64,000 nucleotides of DNA, from positions 9,362,001 to 9,426,000 of the forward strand of contig NC_043020.1 of the NCBI RefSeq assembly GCF_006345805.1. Direction: 5' to 3'. Positions 37,015 to 49,664 of the stretch are shown here, piece after piece. Each line of letters begins with the position of its first letter. The first letter of the stretch is position 1. The translations under genes and the position numbers were made by a program. Source of the DNA: Octopus sinensis (Eukaryota). The notes under the pieces are model-generated. The model worked only from the letters and a program-made list of their open reading frames with translations, did no database searches and was not told where the DNA came from.

Positions 37015-37805
37015 AGACGTCTGGCAGCTGACTTGGCAGACACCCATAAAATTATCGACCACCGTACAAACAATAACTCAGAGCGCCTTTTTAAACTCCA
37101 CCCATCTAACACCCGTGGACATATTTACAAAGTAAGAAAACAGCACAGCTCCCATGACTTCAGGAAACATTTTTTCACGCTGAGAGTTGCTGAAGCATGG
37201 AACAAACTGCCGGCATCAGTTGTTAGTTGTCGGAGCACTGCATCCTTCAAAACTTCCATGCTTCCTGAGATTCGCCAACACTACACTTGATTTCCTCCCC
37301 TCCATACACACGCAAGCATGTATCTGACTCATACACTGTTCACTTTCCAGGCATTTGTACATTACTGTATGTACTTTATACGTACTTTCTGACAAGTTGT
37401 GGTGCACCTGAGCACTGTATACAATAATTTCATTATTATTATTATTTAAAAACTCCACCTGTCTAACACCTGTGGACATATTTACAAAGTCAGAAAACAG
37501 CACAGCTCCCATGACTTCAGGAAACATTTTTTCACGCTGAGAGTTGCTGAAGCATGGAACAAGCTGCCAGCATCAGTTGTTAGTTGTTGGAGCACTGCAT
37601 CCTTCAAAACTTCCATGCTTTCTGAGATTCACCAACACTACACCTGATTTTCTCCCCTCCATACACACACAAGCATGTATCTGACTCATACACTGTTCGC
37701 TTTCCAGACATTTCTACATTACTGCATATACTTTATATGCACTTTCTGACAAGTTGTGGTGCACCTGAGCACTGTATACAATAATTTCATTATTATTATT
37801 ATTAT
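37015..37805 (+). mobile_element. CR1-type LINE 3' end, tandem duplicated
   Basis: HKII...TRGHIYKVRK...RKHFFTLRVAEAWNKLP..VV..S..SFK; two copies (about 37015-37445 and 37446-37805), each ending in (TTA)n. Confidence 0.75.
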
Positions 37806-38604
37806 AATTTTCATTGATCACATGACTGGTGCAACTTTTCACTAAACTACCCAGGAAATGTGTTTTATCAGCTTTCTTCTACTTTTACTTCTCTAAAACA
37901 CTGTTCTTTTTTTTCCTTTTTTATAAAAAAACACAATGAGGCGATAAACCTCTTACTTAGTTCAGAATTCTTTTTTTTCCTTTTGAAGCACAATGAGGCT
38001 GTAAACCTCGTACATAGTTCAATATTGAAAAAACACACCCACGAGGCAATAAACCTCTCACTTTTTTTTTTACATTTTGTAGACTCTTTTTGAGTCCAAA
38101 TGTCCAATACTTCAAGTTTTCCGTCCGATCAGGCCCCTCGCTTCATCGAAGCATCTATTCGGTTCCAAGCTGGACCACTTGGCCATATATCTAGAGGAGT
38201 CTACTGGGAAGGAATTCATTATCCTGCACAGTTTGTTATCCCATAAGACCTCCGCAGCCACCTGCGAAGGCCACTCAGGGTCCTCCGTGCAGGACAGAAG
38301 TCCCTCCCATTCAAATTTTTTTAATTCATTCTGCAAAGTTCCTCCCTTGTAGAAGAGGACCACAAATTCCTCCTCCAGCGGCACACCCGCCGAAGGAGAA
38401 TCGGGACACGCCGGCAGCATGTCACAACCCGCTGGCAATGTCCCATTTTTCTTTTTCCCTCGGGCCGCGGGAGAGTGGTGTTCCTTTGCTGTGTCCAGCA
38501 GGTCCTCCTTTTCTCACGCAGCCCTTGGGTCCTTCAGAGGGCAACCATTGTTGCCCACCTTGGGAAGCAAACCTCTTACCACACAGCCACACTTGCACCT
38601 GTGG

Positions 38605-38990
38605 TGGAAGCACTCCGTCGGTTACAACGACGAGGGTTCCGGTTGATCCGAATCAGCGGAACAGCCTGCTCGGGAAATTAACGTGTAAGTGGCTGAGCAC
38701 TCCACAGACACGTGTACCCTTAACGCAGTTCTTGGGGATATTCAGCGTGACACAGAGAGTAACAAGGCCGGCCCTTTGAAATACAGGTACAACAGAAACA
38801 GGAAGAAAGAGTGAGAGAAAGTTGTGGTGAAAGAGTACAGCAGGGATCACCCCCCCCCCCTGCCGGAGCCTTGTGGAGCTTTTAGGTGTTTTCGCTCAAT
38901 AAACACTCACAACGCCTGGTCTGGGAATCGAAACCGCAATCCTATGACCGCGAGTCCGCTGCCCTAACCACTGGGCCATTGCGCCTCCAT
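38605..38990 (-). mobile_element. SINE family C
   Basis: Near-identical to 35415-35800. Confidence 0.85.
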
Positions 38991-39289
38991 ACCTGCACCT
39001 GTATTAACAAAGTGAACACAAAAAACTTTTATTTCTTGAGGTAAATGTCTTAAATAACGAGAGGAGAGGTTGCATACTTTTCGGGTTAAAACCTCAATCA
39101 AAAAATGTGATTCTTAAATGTTCTAAACTTGTATTATTTTCATAAATGGAATTTATTTAGAATCTTATGATTGAATGAAATACATCAATATTTTATTAAT
39201 TTTGACTTGAATTTTTTCTTAATTTCAGTTGCAATTTGTATTTGGAAAAAGTTGGAATGGATTTCATCTTACTCCTGGTCAGAGCTGAC

Positions 39290-40015
39290 CTGGGTTATAT
39301 GTTTCTTCTGGGTTATATGTTTCTTCTGGGTTATATGTTTCTTCTGGGTTATATGTTTCTTCTGGGTTATATGTTTCTTCTGGGTTATATGTTTCTTCTG
39401 GGTTATATGTTTCTTCTGGGTTATATGTTTCTTCTGGGTTATATGTTTCTTCTGGGTTATATGTTTCTTCTGGTTATATGTTTCTTCTTCTGGTTATATG
39501 TTTCTTCTGGGTTATATGTTTCTTCTGGGTTATATGTTTCTTCTGGGTTATATGTTTCTTCTGGGTTATATGTTTCTTCTGGGTTATATTTTCTTCTGGG
39601 TTATATGTTTCTTCTGGGTTATGTTTCTTCTGGGTTATATGTTTCTTCTGGGTTATATGTTTCTTCTGGGTTATATGTTTCTTCTGGTTATATGTTTCTT
39701 CTGGGTTATATTTTCTTCTGGGTATATGTTTCTCTGGGTTATATGTTTCTTCTGGGTTTATGTTTCTTCTGGGTTATATGTTTCTCTGGGTTATATGTTT
39801 CTTCTGGGTATATGTTTCTCTGGGTTATATGTTTCTTCTGGTTATTGTTTCTTCTGGGTTTATGTTTCTTCTGGGTTATATGTTTCTTCTGGGTTATATG
39901 TTTCTTCTGGGTTATATGTTTCTTCTGGGTTATATGTTTCTTCTGGGTTATATGTTTCTTCTGGGTTATATGTTTCTTCTGGGTTATATGTTTCTTCTGG
40001 GTTATATGTTTCTTC
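39290..40015. repeat. 18-bp minisatellite (GGGTTATATGTTTCTTCT)n, about 40 units
   Basis: Direct reading; produces the spurious WVICFF / LGYMFL / GLYVSS ORFs. Confidence 0.95.
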
Positions 40016-40022
40016 TTAAAAA

Positions 40023-40437
40023 AGGCGGCGAGCTGGCAGAAACGTTAGCACGCCGGGCGAATGCGTGGCCGTATTTCGTCTGCCGTTACGTTCTGAGTTC
40101 AAATTCCGCCGAGGTCGACTTTGCCTTTCATCCTTTCGGGGTCGATAAATTAAGTACCAGTTGCGCACTGGGGTCGATGTAATCGACTTAATCCCTTTGT
40201 CTGTCCTTGTTTGTCCTCTCTGTGTTTAGCCCCTTGTGGGTAGTAAAGAAATAGGTATTTCGTCTGTCGTTACGTTCTGAGTTCAAATTCCGCCGAGGTC
40301 GACTTTGCCTTTCATCCTTTCGGGGTCGATAAATTAAGTACCAGTTGCGCACTGGGGTCGATGTAATCGACTTAATCCCTTTGTCTGTCCTTGTTTGTCC
40401 TCTGTGTTTAGCCCCTTGTGGGTAGTAAAGAAATATA
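40023..40437 (+). mobile_element. SINE family A dimer
   Basis: Full copy plus headless copy joined at AAAGAAATA|GGTATTTCG (40253/40254). Confidence 0.85.
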
Positions 40438-41534
40438 TATGTTTCTTCTGTTAATGTTAAATTAAGTATAATTTTAGACAATGTGCAAGACCCAGGATGA
40501 ATCAGACTATAAGATAGGAGATAACTAAATTATGTTATGTAAAATTTTATTAAATTTAACCCTTTAGTATCTAAACTGGCCAAAAGTATTCTGCCTGTTT
40601 TATGTTCAAACTGGCCAGATCTGGTCTCTCACACCAACCCTACAATATCTTTTAAAAAATTAACAGCTACCTCATCAAAATCTCATAGCTACAAGATAAG
40701 GCATGATTAGTTCAAAGCAATCATCATCATCATCATCATCATCATTTAGCGTCCGTTCTCCATGCTAGCATGGGTTGGACGGTTCAACTGGGGTCTGTGA
40801 AGCTGAAAGGCTTCATCAGGCCCAGTCAGATCTGGCAATGTTTCTACGGCTGGATGCCCTTCCTAACGCCAACCCCTCCGTGAGTGTAGTGAGTGCTTTT
40901 TACGTGCCACCCGCACAGGTGCCAGACAGAGCTGGCAAACGGCCACGAACGGATGGTGCTTTTACGTGTCACCGGCACGGGGGCCAGGCGAGGCTGGCAA
41001 CGGACACGAACGGATGGTGCTTTTACGTGCCACCAACACGGGGGCCAGACTGAGCTGGCAAACGGCCACGAAACGGATGGTGCTTTTACGTGTCACCAGC
41101 AATGTGGATAAAAAAGGATTAATTTTGGCAGAATAATGTGAACACTAGAGGGTTAATGAAATGGGTAAATAAAAAGGAACAACAATTTGACCCTTCTAAA
41201 ACACAACTCATTTTCACAACACCAAAGCAATAAACAAGCAATGCAATATAAATACTGAATCATTTATTATTACTCCCACAAAAGAGAAAAATAGAGAAAA
41301 GCATTCATTCCATGTCTTAGATGAATAAGGAAAAAATAGTCCAACTTCTATGTTACATTTTTGAGATCATGGTTTTAATGACTGGATGCCCTACTAATCA
41401 CCCTCAATTTTGTAGTGTACTGGATGTATTATATTATGGAGCCAGTGTTATAGAAGCTGTTATGTTGCTTGTGAGATTAGAGTGCTGATGTGTCTGTTCA
41501 TTTGCCACCCGTTTCACAGAATGTGTTTCTAAGT

Positions 41535-41830
41535 CAGTGGTTTTCACCCAGGGTTCTGCCAGTACAGTCCAGGGGTTCTGCAAGAAGTTGCAAAACTGCT
41601 AAAATCGGCAGTAATTTTTAATTCTCCTGAGCAGATATGTGTGTATAAGACTATTAAATTATTGCACAGGGGTTCCTCGAGCCAGTGGAATGTTTCCTTG
41701 GGATTCCGCTCCAGTAAAAAGTTTGAAAAGCACTTGTATATAAGACTATTAAATTATTGCACAGGGGTTCCTTGAGCCAGTGGAATGTTTCCTTGGGGTT
41801 CCGCTCCAGTAAAAAGTTTGAAAAGCACTG
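41535..41830. mobile_element. hAT-type MITE with 8-bp TSD
   Basis: TTCTAAGT|CAGTGGTTTTCA...TGAAAAGCACTG|TTCTAAGT; internal duplication of about 95 bp of one end. Confidence 0.85.
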
Positions 41831-41869
41831 TTCTAAGTAGACGAGACAGAGAATGATTAGCCACTTACA

Positions 41870-44800
41870 TCACTGCGATGGTGTTTCTGCAGGATAAAAA
41901 CACCTGTGTCTAGTTAAACCACTATTTAGAGAAAACGCTCTACCACAGATATTACACTGATATGGTTTTTCTCCTGTATGCATACGGTAATGTTTAGTCA
42001 AATCACTATTTTGCGAGAAAGATTTACCACAGATATTACACTGATAGGGTTTATCTCCCGTATGGATACGTCTATGGATTGTCAGATGAGCCGTTTGGGA
42101 GAAGGATTTATCACAAAACTCACAGTGATAAGGTCTCTCACCTGTATGTGTACGACTATGAACAGTTAGATGACCCGTCTGAGAGAAGGATTTACCGCAG
42201 ATAGTACAGTGATATAGCCTCTCACCTGTATGAGTGTATTTGTGACTAGTTAAATGATATTTTTCAGAGAATGTTTTACCACAGATATTGCATTCATATG
42301 GTTTCTCACCTGTATGAGTACGTATGTGCCTAATAAGGCCAGAACGTTCCGAGAACAATTTACCACAAATATCACAGTGATATGGCTCCTCTCGAGTGTG
42401 TACACATTTGTGAGCAGTCAGTTCACTTCCAGTTATGAATGATTTACCACAGGTATCGCAATGATATGGTTTCTTTCCGATATGAATACAATCGTGAACG
42501 CTTAAGGTTCTAGCATAAGCAAAAGACTTCCCACAGATATTACACTGATATGGTTTTTCCCCCGTGTGAATACGTTTGTGAACGGTTAAACCACTTGTGT
42601 ATCGGAATGATTTCCCGCAGATATCACAGTGATACGGTCTTTCCCCTGTATGAATAAGTTTGTGACGGTTTAATGGGCTTCTGTAAGTGAACGCCTTACC
42701 ACAGATATCACAGTGGAAAAGATTTTCCCCGGTATGAATGCGTTTGTGAACAGCTAATGGACTTTGATCAGTGAATGATTTATCACAGATATCACAGTGA
42801 TAGGTTTTCTCTTTCGTATGAATGTGTTTCTTGTGAACTGTCAATTCACTTCTTTCCGTGAATGATTTACCACAAATGGCACAGTAATATAGCTTGCTTC
42901 CTGAATGGATACGTTTGTGAACAGTTAACGTGTGTCGATAACTGAACGATTTACCACAGATATCACAGTGATGTACTTTTTCCCCTGTGTGAATACGTTT
43001 ATGAACATTTAATCCACTTCCGTCAGCAAAAGATTTACCACAGATATCGCACGGATAGGGTTTCTCACCTGTATGCATGCGTCGCTTGTGAATTGTCAAT
43101 GGGCTTGCTTGGGCAAAAGATTTCCCACAGATATTGCAGTGATACGGCTTTTCCCCGGTATGGAGACGTTTGTGACCGGTCAACGCACCTCTGTAACTAA
43201 ACGACTTACCACAGATGTCACAGTGATATGGTTTTTCTCCTGTATGGAAACGTTTGTGAACAGTCAATCCACTTGAATAACCGAAGGATTTACCGCAGAT
43301 ATCACAGTGGTACGGTTTTTCCCCAGTATGAATGCGTTTGTGATAATTTAATGGACTTTGAGCAGAGAATGATTTACCACAGATATTACAGTGATATGTT
43401 TTCTCTTTCGCATGAATGTGTCTTTTGTGTATCGTCAACTGACTTGTTCCGGAGAATGATTTACCGCAAATATTACAGTCATACGGTTGGCTTTCTGTAT
43501 GAATACGTTTGTGAACAGTTATTGCACCTGAATAGCGGAATGCTTTACCACAGATATCACAGTGATACGGTTTTTCCCCTGTATGCATACGTTTGTGAAC
43601 GTTTAACCCACTTCCGTCGGTGAAAGATTTACCGCAGATATCACACGGATACGGTTTCTCTCCCGTATGAATGCGTCTCTTGTGTATCATCAACTGGCTT
43701 CTTCGTGTGAATGACTTACCACAAGTTTCACAATCGTATGGCTTTTCCCCTGTATGAATACGTTTGTGAACAGCTAATCCACTTGCGTAGGGAAAAGATC
43801 TACCGCAGATTTCACATTCGTATGGTTTTTCCCCTGTGTGGATACGTTTGTGAACAGTTAATTTACTTCCAGCAGGGAATGATTTACCACAGACATCACA
43901 CTCATATAGCTTCTCTCCTGTATGAATACGTTTATGAGAAGTTACTGCACTCCTGTTACTGAATGACTTACCACAGACATCACAGCAATATGGTTTTTCA
44001 CCTGTATGAATCCGTTTATGAACAGTTAATTTACTGCCAAAGCTGAACGACTTATTACAAATATTACAGTGATAAGGCTTCTCACCTGTATGAATACGTT
44101 TGTGAGTCGTAACCGAGCTTCCGTTACTGAATGATTTACCACAGATATCGCACTGGTATGGTTTTTCACCTGTATGAATGCGTTTGTGAGAAAGTAAATG
44201 GACTTTTTGAAAGAATGATTTTCCACAGATATCACAGTGATATGACTTCTCACCTGTATGGATCTTTTTGTGTTTAGTTAAATTACCACTGTCGGAGAAC
44301 GAGTCCCCACAAATTTTACATTTATAAGGTTTCTCTCCTGTATGAACACGTATGTGCCGAGTTAGGCCATCGGTGTGAGCAAACGATTTACCACAGATAT
44401 CACAGTGATATGGCTTTTCACCTGTATGGATACGGCCGTGACTGGTTAGGTGACCTCTTAGAGAGAATGATTTACCACAGATATCACATTCATATGGTTT
44501 CTTTCCAGTATGGAGGTGTTTGTGAGTAATTAAGTTATGTTTACGCAAGAATGATTTCTCACAGATATCACATTTATATGGCCTCTCTCCTGTATGAATA
44601 TTTTTATGTTCAGTTAGCTTACTTCTAGCTACAAATGATTTACCACAGATATCACAGTTGTGTGGCTTCTCCCCTGTATGCGTACCCCTATGTTCAGTTA
44701 AGTTAACTTTTACAGTGAATGATTTCCCACAGATATCGCAATGATATCGTTTCTCTGCTCTCTCTTTTTTGTCAATACATTTATGAGTAGCAAGTTTACT

Positions 44801-44884
44801 TTCCTGAGCGAATGACTTTTTACAGATATCACAGTGGTACGATGGTTCCCCTATCTCTTTCGGCAATTCTTCAGGGCAACTCAT
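41870..44884 (-). CDS. Tandem C2H2 zinc-finger protein (ZNF-3, 1004 aa, 35 fingers, first and last degenerate)
   Basis: Uninterrupted ORF of C2H2 repeats with TGEKP linkers; N-terminus [14 protein letters not shown]. Confidence 0.95.
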   Translation of the reverse strand: MSCPEELPKEIGEPSYHCDICKKSFAQESKLATHKCIDKKERAEKRYHCDICGKSFTVKVNLTEHRGTHTGEKPHNCDICGKSFVARSKLTEHKNIHTGERPYKCDICEKSFLRKHNLITHKHLHTGKKPYECDICGKSFSLRGHLTSHGRIHTGEKPYHCDICGKSFAHTDGLTRHIRVHTGEKPYKCKICGDSFSDSGNLTKHKKIHTGEKSYHCDICGKSFFQKVHLLSHKRIHTGEKPYQCDICGKSFSNGSSVTTHKRIHTGEKPYHCNICNKSFSFGSKLTVHKRIHTGEKPYCCDVCGKSFSNRSAVTSHKRIHTGEKLYECDVCGKSFPAGSKLTVHKRIHTGEKPYECEICGRSFPYASGLAVHKRIHTGEKPYDCETCGKSFTRRSQLMIHKRRIHTGEKPYPCDICGKSFTDGSGLNVHKRMHTGEKPYHCDICGKAFRYSGAITVHKRIHTESQPYDCNICGKSFSGTSQLTIHKRHIHAKEKTYHCNICGKSFSAQSPLNYHKRIHTGEKPYHCDICGKSFGYSSGLTVHKRFHTGEKPYHCDICGKSFSYRGALTGHKRLHTGEKPYHCNICGKSFAQASPLTIHKRRMHTGEKPYPCDICGKSFADGSGLNVHKRIHTGEKVHHCDICGKSFSYRHTLTVHKRIHSGSKLYYCAICGKSFTERSELTVHKKHIHTKEKTYHCDICDKSFTDQSPLAVHKRIHTGENLFHCDICGKAFTYRSPLNRHKLIHTGERPYHCDICGKSFRYTSGLTVHKRIHTGEKPYQCNICGKSFAYARTLSVHDCIHIGKKPYHCDTCGKSFITGSELTAHKCVHTREEPYHCDICGKLFSERSGLIRHIRTHTGEKPYECNICGKTFSEKYHLTSHKYTHTGERLYHCTICGKSFSQTGHLTVHSRTHTGERPYHCEFCDKSFSQTAHLTIHRRIHTGDKPYQCNICGKSFSQNSDLTKHYRMHTGEKPYQCNICGRAFSLNSGLTRHRCFYPAETPSQ

Positions 44885-45244
44885 TCTCCTATATTTTAAG
44901 TTCTCAGGACAATTACATTCATATTTTTTCTCTACTTATTACAGCATTACTCAAAACCCGTCAACAGCGATATTTCCATCAATTTTTATCTCTGTTGGCA
45001 ACAGAGAAAAACTGCAATGTTCTTTGGTAAGTTTTGCAAATTTAACGGGAACATGAAAATCATCCTGTACTTATTCTTGGCGATGAAGTAAAGAAATGTC
45101 ACTCCCACAAGAAATATTCTTCAGTTTTCTGTATAACCATTTTCTTCAGTCTTTAAAAAATGATGACTCTTGATGATATATAGTGTTTAATGCCAATGCC
45201 ATCTGGTATTCTGAAATGATAGTGAAATGGTGCAAGATATTGAA

Positions 45245-45275
<31 letters not shown>

Positions 45276-46377
45276 TATATATATATATGTATATATAATC
45301 ATCATCGTTTAACGTCAGCTTTCCATGCTAGTATGGGTTAGATGATTTGACTGAGGTCTGGCGAACCAGATGTCTGCACCAGACTCCAATCTGATCTGGC
45401 AGAGTTTCTACAGCTGGATGACCTTCCTAACGCCAACCACTCCGAGAGTGTAGTGGGTGCTTTTACATGCCACTGGCACGAGGGCCAGTCCAGTGGCACT
45501 GGCAACGACCTCGCTCGAATGTTTTTTCACGTGCCACCAGCACAAGTGAGACGACACAGGTAACGATCACACTCGAATGGTGTTTTTTACATGCCATTGA
45601 CACAGAGGCCAGCTTGTTGCTCTGGCAACGATCATGCTCCCAGAGCGTGATATATATATATATATACACACACACACATGTATATATAAAAATGGAACAA
45701 AAACGCAATAGAGGACAATAAAACATTTGGTTACATAGATGATACAAAGGCAGACAAGAGAAACAACAATTAGAAGGACAGGGAAAAAAGGGCAAGTAAT
45801 TCGTGGCCTTCTTTCTTACCGTTGTCCTTACGATTTCGGACAGTTACACTTAAGACAGTTTGAATTGGTTGCCCACCAAAATGTCTAAGCTCAGAGAATT
45901 AGATTTTTCTCTAAGCAGCTAGTGAATGTGTATACCATAAAAAGATAAAAAACAGAGAACATGATACACAATTCCAAATACAACCAACAAGAATGTAACA
46001 ACAGGTGTCTTTTGACTGAGAACAAATCAAATTCAGCTGGCGTGTATGAAGTGAAAGCCTAAAGGCAGGAACATAGGAGACGGACATAAGAGATGTTGGT
46101 GGCTGGCAGTCGGGCCAAGAAAGATCATGGCTGGCCAGACACCAGTCACATGGAAGGAGAGAGGGGTACAGGGCAGCAGGATTGAAGGATTAGAAAAGCC
46201 AACTCAATTTGATTCATTCATATATATATAGGTGTGAAAGCACGTGGTTGAATATATAGAAAATAGTAAAAAGTAAAAAAACTACAGAAGGCTTGTTTTA
46301 AAAGGTTAAAAAATATTATTTGAGTCAATATGTCTGAAGAATGTTATAAATTTTTTTCATATAATGACATAGTTTAG

Positions 46378-46417
46378 AAGAAATGACCGGTTTCGCATTC
46401 AGCTTTTCAAATTTCTT
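46378..46417 (-). ncRNA. Degenerate minimal type I hammerhead motif in the Penelope 3' region
   Basis: AAGAAAT-TTGAAAA-GCTGAATGC-GAAA-CCG-GTC-ATTTCTT: perfect 7-bp helix I, 2-bp helix II, palindromic ACCGGT helix III, GUC site; the core has 2 substitutions relative to CUGANGA. Confidence 0.55.
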
Positions 46418-46495
46418 AAATCGTTATGTTTACATTGAGCGGAGATCTAGATAATAAGTGATTTCTTCCGGTGTAAGGGAGATAATCGCTTAAAA

Positions 46496-49400
46496 TTATT
46501 TGCCTTTCTTTTGGATTGAGTTTCTCTGTATAAGAATGTTGGAATGGTTAAGTTTGGGATTGTATTTTTCAATGAAGAATGTTTCCTTGTTTAGTCTAAT
46601 TTGTGTTGGTGTTCCGATAGCACATTGGTGAAATGGAAAGATTAAAAATTGTGGTAGTAGTTGCTTTGCGCATTTCTCAATGTGCTCGCTAAAGGGTATC
46701 ATTCTGTATTCTGGGAATGCAATCTGTTGTCGATGCAGTGTGCATCTACGTCTGAGTGATAGTCCCGTGGACCCCACGTAGTTTTGGTGGCAGCCCGAGC
46801 ATTTTATGACATAAATTATGTTTTCAGAGGCACAAGTAAAATTAGATTTGATCTTGAATTTCTGTCCCTCTTTGAAGAGGAATTCTGATCCTTCTAGCAG
46901 GTTTGGACATGTTGCACAGTTCGGTCTACCACATTTTTTTACTTTTGCATCCGTAATTTCAGAAAACAATTTTGCCTTTGTGAGAATCTTTTTAAGTGAT
47001 TTAGGTTGTTTGTAGCTTTTAATGATTTGGTGTATGTTTAGAATTTCCTTTAATTTGGGGTCCTTATGAAGTATTGGTAAATTCTGGGTGATGATGGTGA
47101 AGGCTTCTTTGTTTCTGGGGTTGTATGTGGATATGTAAGGTAGTATTTTCGGGGAAGGTGTGTTGTTGTGTTGAACTTTTCTTAAAGTTTCTATGTTGAT
47201 TTCTGTTGCACGTCTGATCCCATCCTCTATGAGTTGAGCTGGGTAATGTCTGTCAATTAGGGTGTTTTTGAGTTCTTGCAGTCTAAAGTTCCTGGTATTT
47301 TGTTCTGACACTATTGTGCATATCCTTCTTGCAAGGTTGAAGGGGATGTTTGTTTTAGTGTGTCTTGGGTGGCATGAATCAAAAAGAAGGTATTGTTTGG
47401 CGTCTGTGGCTTTGTAAAAAATGTCTGTTTCTATTTTAAGGTTAATTTTTTTAATTAGTATATCCAAGAATGGGAGCTCCTTTTTGTTGTATTCCATTGT
47501 GAACTGTATATTTGGGTTTATGCTGTTCAACAGGTTTTTGAATTTTAGGAGTTTATCTGTGTTTTCATTCCAGAGTATAAAACAATCATTTCCAATTCTC
47601 TTTTATGTATTGAGAGAGGGGGTTTCCAAAGATTCCTGGTAAATGATTATTTCCAGGTAGCCCATTGTTAGGTTCGCAATGACTGGTGCTGCCTTTGTAC
47701 CCATAGCAATTCCAGATTTTTGACGGTAAAATGTATTGTCAAACATGAAGTGGTTATTATGTAGGATGAATTCAATTGATTTAGTAATGAATTCTTTACT
47801 GATCCTTTTTGGTATTTCTTCCGGAAATTGGTCCAGCAAGAACTGTATTGCCTCTAGTCCATAATTATGAGGTATACTGGTATATAAGTTAACTACATCA
47901 AATGAAACCATGATTGTTTCTTCCTTGGCTTTTTTTGGAAGGTGGTTTAACATATCTAAGTCATCTCTGATATGGCTATCGATATGTTTAAGGAAGGGTT
48001 TCAGGAGGATGTCCATAAATAGACTTAGTCTGTGTGTTTCACAGGTTGGGCCAGCTACAATGGGTCGTAGTTTTAGGTCCCCCGGGTTAGGTGTGTGTAT
48101 GTATGTCTTTGGTGATTTTTTAATGGTTTCATTTATAATTTGGCTTTTATGAATTTTTGGCAGACCATAGAAGAGGCTAGGTTTGCATTTAAAGTTTGTT
48201 AGAAAGTCAATCTCTTTGGTTGTTAGTTCCTTTTCATGGGTTTTAATTAGTGAAGATAGAGTTTTCATTATTTTTTGTGGGGTGTAGTTGGTAATTTTTT
48301 ACATAATGTAGGTCGTCATCAAGCAAGGAAATTACAAGATTTCTATAGTATGATGTATCCATTATTACAACTGCACTTCCCTTGTCTGCTTCCTTAATGG
48401 TTATATCTTCATCATTTTGAAGTTCTATCAGTTCCTTCCATTGTGCGGTGCTAAAATTTGGGTTAGCTTTCTGTTTATGTATAGTATGGTAGGGAAAGTT
48501 CTCAATGTGGCTGCAGAACTCGTCAAGATCTTTATTTCTTCCTCTGTGGGGGATGTGTTCACTTTTGTTCTTGACTAGTGATTCATCTTCAGTATTGAAA
48601 CTGGTTGATGCTTCTGCTAGTCTTAATTTTCTGCAAAATTCTGTTATATTATCCTTGATTTCATTTAGGTTGGCTCTGCGTGGAGTTGGAGTAAATTTGA
48701 GCCCTTTTGAGAGGATGTCAATTTTTATGCTAGAAAGAGGTTTGGTTGAAAGGTTGATTATCTTCGGTTTTTCCTTATTACCAGGTCCCAGCCTGTGTCC
48801 TGGTGTCTCTGGTCCCTGGCTAAAAAATGTTGGGTGTAATTTTGTTTGTATGAGTTGTCTGTGAGGTTGTGTGATATTGGGTCGGGGGAATGGTGGTATT
48901 GTTGCCCCCCGATCGTTGTGTGTGTGTGGGAATCTATGGTTGTTATTGTTTGTGGTGTGTGTAAAATTTCTGTATGTGAAATATTTTGGTTTCGAACTGC
49001 TTGTATGTGGGATGTTGCTTGACATAGTATTTTTTTGCGTTTGTCTTGTGTTCGGTGGGGACCAGTAATTTTGGTTCATGGGGTAGTAGCGACTTGTGTG
49101 TGGTGTATTTCTTATTCTAGTGTCGTTTTGTGCTGTATGGTGGTTGGGTCTGGTATTAGGATATTCTTGGTGTGTTCTGTTTTTGGTGTAATCTATTTCA
49201 TAGACGCGTTGTCTGTCAGCTTGTTCCCTGTTAAGTCTTGCGTGATTTGAAAATGTTGGTTGTGGGTGATTTCTGTTTCTAGTGTATGGAGGATAGTTGG
49301 GGGTTGTTCCTGGGTTGTTTGGTTTTTCTTTTTTAATTTTTGTAATTTTCTTAAGGAAGGGATTATCTGTACCCAATTCATTTTTGAAAGTTGAACTATA

Positions 49401-49660
49401 TCTTTGGAAGAAATCGTTGCTTTTTTCCCAGCGCAGGAGAGAATTTCTCTCTTCTTTTTCACAGGTATCTTTCCAATGATCTAATGTATTTTCGAGGGGT
49501 TGTCCCTCGGTATGTTTTTGTATTATATTGTGCATCTCCTCGTCGATGCTTTTAAATTTTTCCTCATTTGTGGAGGCCCTAAGTTTTAGAAGCTCTATTT
49601 CTGATCTTAAATTGAATAGAGCTGACTTTTCCCTAATAGTTCTCTGTCTGTCAGGCTCGT
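46496..49660 (-). mobile_element. Penelope-like retroelement (RT + GIY-YIG endonuclease), frameshifted
   Basis: IINLS...LSKGLKF.PTP; FYGLPKIHK; LRPIVAGP; FDVVNLYTSIP; RQKSGIAMGT; NSINPNIQFTME; LPFLD; IIYVIKC..C..NYVGSTG..L..R..LH. Frameshift near 48250 and lesions near 47600. Confidence 0.92.
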
Positions 49661-49664
49661 TAGG

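Noticed and set aside
39171-40182. Three long hydrophobic ORFs (WVICFF, LGYMFL, GLYVSS repeats)
   Set aside because: They are translations of a stop-free 18-bp minisatellite.
41978-44253. Plus-strand and alternative-frame ORFs over the ZNF genes (also 18978-19208, 29280-29507)
   Set aside because: They are shadows of periodic zinc-finger codons.
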